This document shows, piece by piece, positions 38,001 to 53,000 of a stretch of 64,000 nucleotides of DNA. The translations under genes were made by a program, and so were the position numbers. The stretch covers positions 6,436,301-6,500,300 of the forward strand of contig CM082577.2 of the NCBI GenBank assembly GCA_040954595.2. The letters are read 5' to 3'. The stretch comes from Balanoglossus misakiensis (taxonomy: Eukaryota > Animalia > Hemichordata). Every line of letters starts with the position of its first letter. Within the stretch, counting starts at the first letter, position 1. The notes below the pieces were generated by a model. The model had not been told where the DNA came from, ran no database searches, and saw nothing but the letters and a program-made list of their open reading frames with translations.

Positions 38001-41000
38001 GACTATTACTGAAAGCTACTGTCCCTCAACAACTAAAACATTAAACAAGTCATACATGACCAGTTATGTAGGTGGAATCCATTCCACAAATGATCACTTC
38101 CATGATCTAGATTTTTTTTAAGCAACCCTTTTATGCATGATGTATTATAATGTATTAGACACCTGAAATGACAGTTCCCATGGGAGGGGGGTGTAGGCAA
38201 TTTCAAGCAAGCAATCAATCACGCAAATCGTTTGGAAATACAGTAAAATACCAGTCTATGCAATATTCCTCCTTGTGTACACCAAGTATATTACATCCGT
38301 TCATGTGTGATGCTTTCCAATTGAAATAAAATAGCAGCAATCAAATAAATCACCCTCATACATCCCAATATGCTCATCAATAACTTAAAGTGAAATACAC
38401 GTTTTGGAATCAAACAATGTTTTACTGTACAGCCACAGTAACTGCTGAGTTGGCATAAATTTCACTCGTAAAAATGTTGGGCATACAAATGATTGATAAC
38501 AATGGAAGTTCTGCACCTGCAGAGATAGAGATTTCCATACGACATTTATCCTCCTTGCAGATGTTTCTTGTGAAGGATGAATACTCAGTCAGTGGTTGTA
38601 ATGTGCACTGTGCGGTCTGTGGCGATCCACTTTTGTACCTTTTTCACTTTTCACACAATCATCATTTACCGAATCACGGTTGGTTTTCAAGCAGCCTGCT
38701 TTTGAGTGACTGAATCCTGACATTGAAGCAGTTTCCCGTAATCGCGATCATGATGTCATTATGGTAAAATTACAGCCCAAGGGACATGCACCAATGGTAC
38801 CATGTCTATACAGACCGCGTCTATACAGACAACTGTCAAGACTGTATTTGATGTCGGGAAGATTGACATCACGATCATTCACATGCTTTAAAATGCATGA
38901 ACTGAACACTAAAGCATAAACTATTGGATTACCTGGGTCCATTACTGAGTGAGTTGGCAAGCTCTGATTGTAACTCAACAGAGAGAACTGGTGAATCTCG
39001 ATACGCTTTCCACAAAGATTCATTGAATGTATACACTGGGTACTCTAACCTTCACTTCAAAATACTCCTAATAATGGTTGATGAGCTCAGTGTCTCAATG
39101 TACATTGTGAACTGCTTCTGTGCTGTTGTTTTGGCCAAGAGACAAAGTTTTCTATGTAAGTCTGCGATTTATGGGCAACCAAACTGCACAATAATATCTT
39201 AATTATAGGTCAAACACCAAGCAAATCTGACCAAAGCAAATTGCAGTATAATAACTACACAGGGCTATTTACACATCCCGTTTGATGGTGAACGAGATCA
39301 GATCTGACGTACAGCAGTCAGCATTATCTGAAAGTACGAAAAAAGGAACGGAATCGAGGGATATTGTATGTTGCAATTTTCACAAATTCCATTGGGATCT
39401 AACGACCGAAACCTCCATCACATCATTATCGATTTTTTTTTTTTGTATCTAATTCATCCGCGCCGTTCCCATTCTGCCCCGTATCGCAATCCATACAATG
39501 GGGACCCTTGTATAATCTGATATGGATTTACTTTCATCACTGATGCCCGGTCGCCGTGGCAACCCGCCCAAACAGAGGTGGCTCCTTTGTGCTCCCGGTT
39601 AATGCAGTCAATCACAGCTAGTTAGATGCTTGTTCGTCGAATGAATAGACATGTTATATGTGACAAGAGTGTCTTTCACGTTTATCCAGAAAGAGGAACA
39701 GCTACCCGGGTTACAATGAATCGCTCCGTCCCGTCAATTATAGTGAACTCTGTTCTCCGACACAATGTGTCAAAATTGATGGAATACACGTTCACATTTC
39801 ACTTCATTTGCCGAGCATGCATTTAGTTTGTTTTGATGAGGCAGATGTACTTTCCAGAAAGGTTCGCAGATGAAATCTGTACTCAAGGAAAACACATAGC
39901 GTATACTATACAGTCGTTATCAAATACTAAACGGTGCGATTTTCTCTCTAAATGGTGTTCAAAATCTCTGCAGGAGGTTCGGCAAACAGATTTACCCGCT
40001 AGGAAAAAAATGACAAAAATGTTCAATGTTTATTGAAGGCTTCAAAACCAACCACTGAGCCAGAATGAGCATTCCGCTCTCAATCGTTCAAATCACAATT
40101 TTTCATCATCACCCATGATTACTCATCCCCCATCATCAGTTATGGGCACTGTCGCCCGTGGTAACTGCATCACACTGATCAGTGATTTCCACAGCAGAGA
40201 GCTTTAATAAATGTAGTAATAAATGTAGGCCAAAATGAAACTGAAAGCGTTTGCTTCAGAGGCTTAGAGATAAATTCCCCTGCTGTATCAGTCATTTCCG
40301 ACAGATCGGAAAAATACTTATTTTGAACATTTTAGTTAAAATGCAAGAAAATCTAACAACCTAATCTTTACATTTTATCAGTCCACAAATGGACTTTCCA
40401 TGTTCAACCACTGAAATTTATCTCGGTAACAAGGTTCAAAAGTTGACAGCTGTATTAAAGGAGACAGATAGAAGTACTGTTGTTACACCCCCTGTTAGTC
40501 ACTTCATCAGCGGGTCAAAGGTCAGCTCCCACGACGACGGACTAAATTAACTTTCCTCATTTCTCTTCCCCCGCACTCCTTCACCCGGAAAATTCAATTC
40601 ATCCATATATAAACTGCCCTGTTTTGGATCAGTCGGCATGGCAACAAGCTAAACATGACAAATTTTTTTAGGGAGATAAATATCTGCCCGGTCCATCTGT
40701 TTTTATGTCTCTATCTTTTATTCATGAGGCTGCACCCATATTTGTTATATAGCAGCTTTCGCGATTTGATCCATGAGCTCGGTAGTTTCTTTTGTCTCGT
40801 ACAGATTCATAAATTCTCTTCTTTTTTTTTGCAACGGCAATAAAAATGCTAAGATTCATGAGTCTGTTCAAACCTTCAGTTATTCTTTGAATGAATACTG
40901 CCCTATGTATTGCCAAAGATGCATTCCTTACCCAGAAGCTGAAAACAACCCAGACAGGCAGTAAATAATTATATAAATTAATAACAGACCTGGACAGTAT

Positions 41001-44000
41001 TAAATACATAAAACACACCATCAGAAATCATTACTGGGCTCCGTGGGTGAAATCAATCAAGGTATGCAATTATATAGGAAAATGATTAATACTTAAATAT
41101 GCATGTATGATAATGAAATTTTAAAATCAAAAGTTATACATCAGAGGAAAATGCGAATAGTATGTTACTTTGCTTTTTAATTAGTGTTATTGTGAGTTGA
41201 CTAATACAAGGATGTGGCTCCATGTGAGAGGGAAGATTGCAGGCATACTGTGCAGTTGGTTGCAAATACTGCAGGTCCCATGCAGCGCACCGGAAAATCA
41301 GACACACCATGGGACATAAGAGAACATGCATCATTATTGGCTGGTCCTGCTGACCTCCATTACATCATGAATACCGCCTATGCATACCAAACATGCGGAG
41401 TTTGCATGAGTCGTAACGGTCTGCCTTGACGACGAACGTTCCGCCGTGGCGACGCGTCCATTTCATCGCGGCGGCAAATCACCAATGGCGGGCTTATTGG
41501 AGCCTACAGACTTGAAGTCTGCAGATGAGGGGGGGGGGATCAAAAGTATATAGACTTCAAAATGTTCACAGCAGAATCCGTATTTAGTGTTGCAGTGGGG
41601 ATGACAGGGAGACCTTATTCTTTGGGAGAAAATAGTCTGTACGGAAACGCAAAACAGCGGGATGTTTTTGCTGGCTTCTGGCTCGTACCTTTACATATAC
41701 ATGTAAACATTCTACACCCTTGCAGTAGACGATTCTGCACGTTGCACTAAGTATTGGCAGAATTCCTTACAATGTTAGATGAAACTAAAACAGTAACAAA
41801 AGCTGGTGACTTCAAATGGGGGATTTGTTGAGATGAAATTTCCATCAAACTTGAATGATCATAGTAATTTGCCTCCCTGAATCTTACTCAGGTATAGACC
41901 TGGTCATTCTTGAATAATGGTACAGTGTGATTATAATCCAACTCATCAACATGGACATATCAAACCACATCTATCATCGTATATGACAGCACATCATCTC
42001 TTCTGCACGGCCGGTGCACTCGCTGATTTACCTTATAGCTGCCACGCTCGGCTAAAGGCACAAACTCCCTTCTGCTAATGAGATCACATTTCATGAGTTG
42101 TCATTTGACAACCGCCAAGATCATGTGAATCCTACATACATCTACAGTGTCAGTCTTATGTACAACCTCATGTAATCATACACTAACTTTTACAGACCTG
42201 CACTTACGATGCGTACACCAATTATAGTAGACCGATTTCTGGTCACTTTCGTTAAAATGCAACTCAATTATCAAGCCTGCTACAGAGCTATTACCACACA
42301 CACCACAGGCGAAGTGCCCAGAAAGTGCTTTCAGTCTGAGATTAACTGAAGTATGACACTTTACATCCTGGTTCAAAGTTTGCTGTCTGTCGACGGAATT
42401 CTCTGGTTTCCAAGAAATTCATCCTTTTTTACACCAACAATAAAATCGCACATGGAGAGTCTGTACGTGATTAATCTTCTTTTTATGCAGGACACAGGTG
42501 CCTGATAATCTCTGCCACGTTTTCAAGGCGACGTGGTACACAGTTACCAGTATATCACAGATGCAATTGCTCATATATATTTTTAAATTTTAATATTCAA
42601 CCTTCATGTAATACAGCTTAATAAACCTGAGAGCTAAGCCACCCCACGAACAGTTCCTCATCGGAACTGGTTTTACCGTTTTATAGACTGAAGAACCAGG
42701 AGAACAAGTTGACTCTTAAGAACACCTGTCAATAATATACACACATATTTTTTCAAATTGTTGGTTGTGAATAAACATCAAGTTAATACGGCCGGTACTC
42801 CTCAAATAGCAGTGTTACAGAATTCCACTGCAGCTCAGTTTTTTGCAAATTTATCACAAATGTCACCAATTAATCCCGCACAATTCCAGGAACTGTGACG
42901 TACATTAAACATTTCACGGAAAACAGCAGCTGATGCACACATATTAAATACTCAACCCTGTAACATCAGGATCATGGACTCAGGCGACATTTCACATTAA
43001 AAGGCAAATGAGAATTAGCTAGGCCAATGAAATGGGAAACATTTATGTACACCTAGTCTAGTATCTAGCCGTATTTTGTTAGTTTTTGAAGCAAAGTGGA
43101 CAAAATACGGCTAGATACTAGACTAATTTACTCTGTGCTTCTATTACCCTCTTTCCTCTTTTGAAGATCAAACTCTCCGCAGAAAATTAGAACAGTATTT
43201 AATGCAAAGCAGGCTGAGCAAATATAAAAGTCGGGGGGAATTTCTGGTTAAAATCCCAGATTGTTTGCATGGCACGTTCTGGCGTTTTAGAGATTTTTCC
43301 ATTCCTAGCGTAAGTAGTTTTACCCTGGGGTAATAAGCTAGGTAAATGGACTTGCGTGTCCTGGAGGCATCCTGTTATGTCTCCTCAAGATGGATTTCTC
43401 TACGTGGGCAAGATTAGTACATCGGAATATGCTTGTGCAATGGAGTTTGCCCCACAGCCTCCTGATGGGCAAAGCTCGGTCGTACGTCACTTTAGGAACT
43501 GAAACTATAATGGCCAGGAAAGTAGAAAAGCTGCCACTGCTGCATCGTATAAAAGCCATTTGCTGGAAGGCTCCTGAAAAATTAAGTCTTTTGGAAGGGG
43601 GCAGGGGATACCACTATGAACAGCTGCAGGTTACCATATAGTCCTCAATTAAGCTCCATCCATGATTAGGCACCAGTCAGACCCTGAGTATGTTGTTACA
43701 TTTTACCCTTAGATAAGCGCCAGCACAGACTAGAAAGTCTTGGCAACATACTGCCAAAGAATGTTTGATGACCAATCTGCAAATGGCTAGACAATTCATA
43801 TGGTCCAATTTTTTAGGAGTCACCAGAATGTGAAACTGTTGCAAAGTGGAGCTTAATTGATGGAAAATACATTATTTTTAGCGCTCGTACAATGAAATCA
43901 TGATCGGTTATGTTATACATTTATTTGCTCACGTACTTCAGTCAGAAGGGAATGAAACGACAAACTAAAAAGTGAGGAGATAATGGGAAAAGGAACATGA

Positions 44001-47000
44001 GAATCTACACAGATATATCCATTTAGCCAAGCTAATAGTGTTTTAATGAGGGTGAGTGCAATAATACCATAAAATGTAAATTTCAAAATGTCATAAGAGC
44101 AAATAAATTATTTTTCATGATCACTACGAGTAGCATTGATGTCATTATCTTCTATTCTTAGAATCCTATTGACCGGTAATACCAATATCCTCAAAAATCA
44201 AACAAACCTTTCTAGTTTTGCAGTGTATCTTCTGGGTTGTATACCAGCTGTGATGTAAATCCCAGCATGGTTTCCATGGTATCAGTTTCGGCACAGGTTG
44301 TCCTCTGTCTCCATGGTAACAGAGTTGATACCCCCCCCCCCCCCAAACACACTACAACGGTTCAGCCGACCCACTGCGACGCAAACTAAAACATTTTGGA
44401 TTACATAATATATGCCCTGTGCTTTGTTCACGAAAATGCTCTCAATTAATCTTTCATCGCCGCCGATCTCAGCCGTTATTTTCCGACTCAAATTTCCTGT
44501 AATAAATCCCAATGAGACGAGACGACAGGAAATATAAAAATACTAAATTTTTCATTCATTTTATAAATTTATTAATCTTATCTTGGGAATTCATGCGGCA
44601 TACATTCAATAATATCCTCGACCATGGAATGAAAATATTACGATTTCAGTCACACATGCTTAAGGTTTATCAAGACACAAGGTTACTTCTGAAAAGAGGC
44701 TGGTGGCTTGCAATGATAGGGTTTTTGTGTGAGGTGTAAAACGCTATCAAACCGACTCATCCTCCCTATGTCTGTCAACCTGTGTCTGATTTAAACATGT
44801 CACAAAGGGACCGTGAGGAAAGTACGTATCCATCAATACTGTGAAAATGAGAAATTGATAAAGGCTGAGTAATCTATTGCTGTGAATTTCCACACCGTGT
44901 GTTTCACAAAAAGAAAGTTTTTTTGCCAGTTTGAGTACTTACACTATTGATAATACATGATACAACATCAATAACACGACCGGAATGAACCTTCAATGAA
45001 ATATACGGTTCAATAAAAGTCTACCAAAGTGTGAAAATGTAGTGTTCGGAGTTTCAAAAATCAATTGTGATATTTTATATGTACTTGTAAATGGGAAATG
45101 TGCTTTTCTTTTGTAACACCTAAGGTAGTAATACTCGCGACAAAATCCTTCTTCTAAGAAACCAGTTGTTACGGTATATATTACAAAGTGCCATGGATAC
45201 AGTTCAACTTGGTGTACAAACGATCAACCAGGACAACAGCAAACCAAGGGACTGATTCGCTCGAAACCACAATCAAACAAATCCTCCATGCAGTCACTTA
45301 ACTATTCCAAACCTGAGCTACGATTTCCTTTTACAAGATCATCTAATCTCAGCTGGAGTGTTTTCATTCTCAATTGGCCAGCCACTCACCATCAATAATA
45401 CAGTGCCTGTGTGTGTGTCTGTGTGTGCAGTCGAGAAAAAAACAACACTTCGTTTCCAGAGAGAGCACTAGAGTGGAAATATTACTTCCATATTTCACTT
45501 TGCTTTTTACGTCATCACAAGTCGTTCGCTTCCTCTCTTTCACACTTCGTTGACTCAAGACTTTAACAAGACCCTGCAACTTACGCAGTTCTGGCTGACT
45601 TGAAAACCTCTCTCACCGAATGCTGTTAATACCTTAATTACAAGCTTTTGACTTCTCAATCAAGCACGCTTTTTAATGCATCTAACTGGTCACGTGAGTG
45701 AGATACATGTAAATAAGTTTTCACTGGGGCAGACATACATGTAGATCTGCCTCATATTTCTCATATTTTTGCACTGCTTTGTAAACAACAAGAGTAACAA
45801 AACTTAACAGAAGAGAACCTTTTATACAGGGCTGATTCATTGGATAAACCAGAAATTTCAACCAGACTCAGTGTAACACAGTGTTGGGAAAAAATATTGC
45901 CCAAGATATTACAATGTACGTGCGGGTGGCCAAAGTGAGACTGTGTACTTGCTGGGAAAATTAAATATATCATTATCAATGGTTAAAGCAAAAGTCTTAA
46001 GTTACACGAGAACACAAAACATAAACAGCGCAAATCGGAGATTTAGGTCAAACCATAGAAACAAAGAAACAAAAGACGCTCAAAGTAAGCTGATACAAAC
46101 AGACTATCCTTTCACACAAGTATAGCAAACCGACAAAAGTTCAACAAACGGACATGACAGTCTTGTAAACCCAGGGTATAAGCACATAGCAATACAAAGT
46201 TACATCAATATCCAGGCTTACAAACAACAGGACATGATCACTCCCATTATGTCAATTTACAAAAACACGGGTGCATAGCTTGTAATCTGGCTGGATTTCC
46301 TGCTTTTATCTGCATAAGACTTCTGACGTAAGCTTCCCCGGGGTTTCAAAATTCACAAACAAGGCCTGCTCTAAGCCTTTTTCATTTCTGTCAGTATACT
46401 AGTATATACGCTCAACCTGTACGTGCAGTTTATTGCCACCAGCTAGGGGTGTCACTCACATCTGCAGAAGACCACAATATCACCATGCATCCCAAGCCCC
46501 ATACTTGACTGCCATGCAATTACAGTCTAGGGGTCTCTGGCTTAATTCACATACCAGCGTACAGGAACTGCATCACCGCACTTTCAAAAAATACCACTAC
46601 ACAGGAACTGCTTCTGACCGTACCAGTCAAAAAGTACCCTGGTTGGCTATGATTTCTTATCACAGACCTTTTTCCACCAAATAAGGCCGACTTCAGGCCA
46701 CCATAGCTTCCGCCAGATTTCTCTAATCTAAATCTGTTGATCCAGCGGGGACTAGGTCATTGACAATGACTTGTTTTGCAATATGTAATTTCTCTGACGA
46801 AATTCATTCATTCTTTTATTAGTACATAATTTAGTGATTGTTAACTGTGATGTGAGACATCACAATGCAATTAATAACTGAGGCGTACCTCGATACATAT
46901 ACAGAAAAGAACGGTAACTGTTGTGACTCCCTTGTGAATCATCTCATTATCGCTTTGAAATGATGTATCAAAATTTAATCAAGCTCTCTGCACACAAAAT

Positions 47001-50000
47001 TTAATACTCCATCAACAAAGGAGACATCAGGTTCTGTCCGAAAAGAGTCTGGGAGAAGATGTACAATCAATTTTACTCTCCATTACCTTCCTAAATCAGT
47101 CTGATTTTTAAAGTTTTGTGTTTGGCAAACAATCGTGAAGATAGCTGTGACATAGACGATGCCACAGGTCAAGCATGAAAGGTCGTCTAAAGACTGGCTA
47201 CTATCTCAATGACTGTAAATCACGTAGGGTTTTGCCTCCAGGGTTTAAGCCCACAGGGTTTTTTTCTCCTTTTTTGTGTAATTGGCTAAACACATTTTTC
47301 AAGGTTGTGACATACATGTACTTTCCCCTTACAAAGATTTAATGATTCTCTCAAAAATGAACAAACAGTATCCAGGCTTCTATTATGGGTTGTCAACTTT
47401 TTACCCACAATGCAAGTGTGTTAGGACCCCCCTAGCATAGTGAGAATTAGCAGTATAGCTGATTTCCTTTTACACCTTCAACTTAAATATAGGATGACAG
47501 GTGAGATGTACATTCAGCTTCAACCAATGATGCGACTGACACAGCTCATACACTTTCTTTTCAAACTAAATCTCGTGAACATGCATTCTTTTTCCTCTCA
47601 AAATGGGAAAATTGGCTATAATGCTTCCCTGCAACAGCCACACGCTGCAAAACATGCTTTTATCAGATCACTCGACATCAGTTTACAAATGTCACAGTAC
47701 ATTAAGAGAAACCAAGTCCTCATTGCAGGCACCGATAAGATTTGTGATACTGAATAACAAGTATGATACTAGTCACGAATGATGCCCGGATAAAGTCATT
47801 TTGAATCAACATTCTGAGAATCTCCAGGGTTGCACTGAAAAGGCAGACAGACATCCCAAATTTTATTTCACTTTTGGCAGGTATACGATGTCCTGCATAA
47901 TTCATGACAGGAGAGATTTATTGTCAATATCCGTCCAAGGTTCATTGTCAAGCTACATGGATGCACCTGACTGAACGTCTGTATTGTATTATCGAGTACA
48001 ACGACAATTACAAGAGACCAACTTTATTATTCTGCCATGAGCAGTAAATCAAATTTAACAGAAACATGAGGTATACACCTGCTTCTGAGTACAAAATCGC
48101 ACTGTGACAAGGTTCTAAATACTTGCCTGCGTGTTCTTAATAAGTTCGGGGGGAAGCTGGCCTTTTAAACCTTTTATACTGTACTAGTTGATTTGGAACT
48201 GTTGCCATAGCAATCAGTAAACAAATAATCCCCTGCACAGCGAAGTGTCAAACTTTAATGTCAAGAGTCGGGGAGTCAATGTCACATTATAGGTCATGAG
48301 TAAAAATCAGGAAAAAGCGGTCGATTTGCCTTTGATGACGATGATGAAAATGTACGTTCTGGTTCCACCCTGAGCGTATTCAATTTCAGACGACTGAGGA
48401 ATAATCAAATAAACTTCGATGACCTGCCATTTCTAGTTCAAGACTTACAAAGGATAAACACACACGCTGGCACGCAATCAAATATTCTAAATTAGATTAT
48501 GATTTGTGTTCTGGGGATTATGCATATGCAATCAGGCAGTCATAAAAGTAATCAAGGCTGGGATTATGATGGGAAAACTGGCAAATGCACGCAGGGCTTG
48601 CATCAAGGTCAACGGAGAACAAAATTGATCATGATGACATCATTCACTCCCCAGGCAACTTGAGAGCTTTTAGTGTGACGCGGGCGGAATGAACGCTAAT
48701 AGTTTTTCCTGGAAGCAATCTTCTTAAAGTTGAGCTCAGCTGATCACATATACAGATCTGGGTTTTCTTTAATATCGTGATAGAAACTGAGCCACCTAAT
48801 GCAAGTGCGGACCTCATCTGGTAACATCTGATACTGAGACAAATATTATATGCCTTGCTAGTTATGGGGCCATTGCATAGGGAGATCTCAAAGACAAAAC
48901 GTGTTCAATTTCAGTGGAAAGTTGAGATCTAGCCGACCACAGATTTTCAGTGGATGGCCACCCAAAATATTGCATCCCTATGGTCATTCAAAGACTCATG
49001 ACACGCCCCTTTGATCATGTATGGGCATATGTCGATTAGAGGTTTCTGTATTCCTTTAATAATTAAATCTAGCAATCATGAAAAAATATCACACCAAAAA
49101 CTTTCCTATCCAACATGTACTGCCAAATAGGTGTCTACTGGTAAACAAGACAGCAACAAAGCTCAGAGAATTTCTTGCTTGCCTTTCCCCAGACCCAGAC
49201 CTTGGGTAGCATAATGCCTTGCTCGCGAACACGATAACAATTCATAAATCACTTTTTTTTTTCCTCTGCTTGTATTTTATATTAAACTATTCCATACAGC
49301 AGCCGTGATCCGCTCAGATATCAAATTCACTCGTCGTAATTAGAGAACCGTTCAAACTTATTAGGAGATAAGAAGGCCTGCACAGAAACCCATCTCGGAA
49401 ATCAACCTCCATAATGCCACAGGCAATATTGCATTTCATGCAAAAGCACACCACAACCGCCAGATCACAAACACCGCCGAGGCAGATCCAATTTTGATAC
49501 ATTGATACCGGCTTCCAATATTCCGTGCGGGCAATCACTGAAGGAAAAAGGACATCACATGCCCGGATGAGTGCGCGGGCGAGGAGATGCCCTTCCTATC
49601 TGGCTGGGATAAAAAGCCTGTCAGGAAGAGAGACCGACAGCCTGTCTTGCAACTGGAAGAGCTCTCGGCAATGACTCGAGCCCATACTGTAGTCTGAAAT
49701 CTATCCTGCCTACATTTGGCTCTGAGTTTCTGTCACAGACCAGAAAATGCTGGTTATAGATTGTAGACTAGATCCACCCCTCCAGAAAGACAACCAATTC
49801 TCCGAGAGAAAATAGTTTAGTTGACGTCACCATTCCAACTGTCTACAGGGTGGTTCAAATCAGAAATCCTCCTCCACTGGAACTACATGTACATTAAGCT
49901 GCTTTTGACATCATGGTAAAATCAATTATGGACCAATTTCTTTCACCACATCACGGTATTGAAAAATACCAGAGGCAAACGCGCCCGAGTGAAATGAAAA

Positions 50001-53000
50001 CACATTTACAAAAGTTTGTTTACTTGACGTCATGGCAACATTAGCTCGATACGTGTACACACATTTCCCCACAGTATGAATGTTTTAAGTCTTTTTTTTC
50101 ACTGCTTATCAATACTGAAAATCAGCAAGTCTGCTCACATTGTGCCAATTTCAACCTGTTCAACTGCCACACACATGTGAGGACCAGACATTCTTTTCAA
50201 TCCAATCCTTTAATCCTGTTATTGTTTCGCATTGACAGAATTATTTTGCGATCCACCCGCTTACAAAAAAGAATTTGCATGTAGACACGTCACTCGGGGC
50301 TGTCCATGAGGAGATGACACAAACAGGCAACTTGCGACTGATGATTTCAATCTGCCAATTAATACGGCGGACATGAGAACACAAATCATCTCATTCACAG
50401 AAGGTTGCCACAGACTGCTGCCTGTTGTTTACCACACGTTGCTTCCAATGCACTAGCGCGCCGTCTGTATTCGTATTACACCCACGACATGGCAAAACCT
50501 GCAGACAATATAATGCATGTTTTCTGTATCGTTTTCATTTTGCCAATTCTCTGACAAACATTTTGTGAGCGTTCTGGAAACGTGGGAGACAGCACCCGGT
50601 TTCCATTTCCTGATAGTGTTTGTGATACACATAAAGAAAGCATTTTCCACTGAGGTAGTGTTCATGTGGTAAACATTTAAACATGATACTTGCTTCAATA
50701 CACAACAAATACTTAGGTGACAGCGCGATTGTGAATGTCAAATTTCGTCTTACTTTCAATTTATGATCACTAAAGTCTGAAATACATTTTTCAAAATAAA
50801 GTACATAAATGCCTTATACTGGAAAATCAATACTTTTCTATTTCACTTGCATATAAGGCAGAAACAATTTTGTGGTATACCATATTCAGAAGTGCAAATC
50901 TCAAGTTTCACTGTATCGCTAGATTTCTGACCAATCCCGTGGGTCTTGTTTCAGAAATAAGGCAACATCATCCTATCTGTGACGTATATGCACACACAAA
51001 AAACAAGGCTTTCCATGAACTATCAACCTGTGAAGATAGATATCACTGGAGCTCAGTGTTATCAATTAGCAGACCAAAAAAAATCCCTTAAATATGACGT
51101 CTGCCTAGTCTGCACGTCACAGAGTCTGCTCTCAAATGGGAAAACAACTTCAGAATTCTGATTTACAGCGACCATGTCAAGCAAGGCCCACACCAATCAT
51201 GGACCGACACAACAATTTTATGTATTGCCAGCTTTGATGGATGCATAATACATAAAATATCACGACATTTCATTTTTTTTTACAGCAAGTTGTATAATTG
51301 ATAATCAAAACCAAAAGCTGCTGTAAAGTGTAAAATTGATGGCTGATTCATTTTCTGCTCACAGATTTATGCATACTGGGTATTCAAATTTGACTTCAGG
51401 GGGCGTGAGAAGCACTGGCTGGGTCTTCGTGTCACTTTGCCGGGTTGTTCCCGATAAATAACGTGTAATATCAATGCAGGCGGTAGGAAAAATCAATTTT
51501 TCGTGAACTATAAAATGTACATGTAACAGTGCAGGTTGAATCCATACCAAGTAATGCACCATGTACATGTATCCATGATGTACCACAGAATCAGATCAAT
51601 AACTGCTTCTGTACAGTTGCATGAGCACTAGGAGTTGAATTATCACCAGAAACAATCTCTGAATTTGGCACTTAGAATTGTCAACACTAGACAATTCCAA
51701 TATTTATTCTTTTTTCCCTCCCAAATTAAATGGATAGTTAGCAATAATGACTTCCACTAGACCAAACACGGGGATTAATTGACTTCACACTTGTTTAATG
51801 AAATTGCTGCTTTCATCCGTCGATTAGATGTCACAGTTTGGACATACTGTACAAATACTGTAAAAGTATTTGACAATGTAAAACTGCAAGTGCATTATTG
51901 TGTGGGTGATCAAAAGTGATTAAATTGAATAACCTTGACCAAACTGCGTGGAAATGACTTGGCGTGAAGCCTTTTGCTTCAAAATTGAAATCAATCACTG
52001 GCAGTATATATATTTAATAGTCAAATTCACTTCCCCTATTATCCCAGTAAATGCAAGTCAAATAGTTCAAATGCATACTTTTTTTATTTGTATTCTGTAT
52101 TCATCACAGATAAAGGTTAAATTCCATCACTCAAGATTCCATCGCTGTTGTGTCAATGGTAACGCAATGAAAGAAATGTGGCGTTTACCACCGGTAGTCC
52201 ATCTTGCCAGCCAAATCATCACACGCATCGCCCAGTCCTTTGAATGGAGAACTTTGCAGGGATTTAAAAGTAAACACGCAAGGATTCTTCATATAATGAG
52301 CCATATTTCAACACTGTATGTAATGAAACCACAGGCTATACATGTAAATCCCAGCATTGTCTGGGTTTTTCCTGACAAGCAACCAACATGGCAGATGGGG
52401 GAAAATGCCACAACGCACAAACAGGCAAAGTTCTGCCGATTTACACACACGGCCACATCTGCCATTTTAGCAACTCTAGATCTGTGCTTGCCACATCGAG
52501 CATTTTCAATTCTAATGCGATTACGCTCCCCTTTCCACCTCCACGCTGACACAAAACCCCTTTGATTAATGCGCCTTCACTCGGAGATTTATACCACTGC
52601 CAATATTGAAATTTAATAAACGACACCTTTCCGATGTAATGCCTCTCCAGTTGCCAGTCAACGATACTATCCGACAACCATGTTTCGTTTCTCTGCCAAT
52701 TTCTTGGCTAACCTTGTGCGTAATGGCTGTCTATCAACCCCTTAACCCACAGTTCCCTCTATACAAATGTAGAGGTCCAACTTCACCACTGAAAACAACA
52801 GAATTGGACCAAACCACGGTGGTGAAAGGGTTAAACCTTGCCACAACCTTGCTATGGGTACAGAGTTTTGACATTCTACAAAAGTGTTTTCCACTGCTGC
52901 TCTTGTAGATTTTGTTAATTGCCCAACAGCTGCTTGTACTGGCTAACATTTTAAGTTCCAATACTATCTATAAGGTGGGGTTTTTTCACTGTAGATAACT

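Noticed and set aside
45344-45356. 13-nt match to the 5' end of miR-216 (TAATCTCAGCTGG)
   Set aside because: The 3' half diverges and no pre-miRNA hairpin can be formed with the flanks.
51948-52565. 205-aa ORF in KIF19 intron 2
   Set aside because: GTG start, no recognisable domain or codon bias; likely chance.
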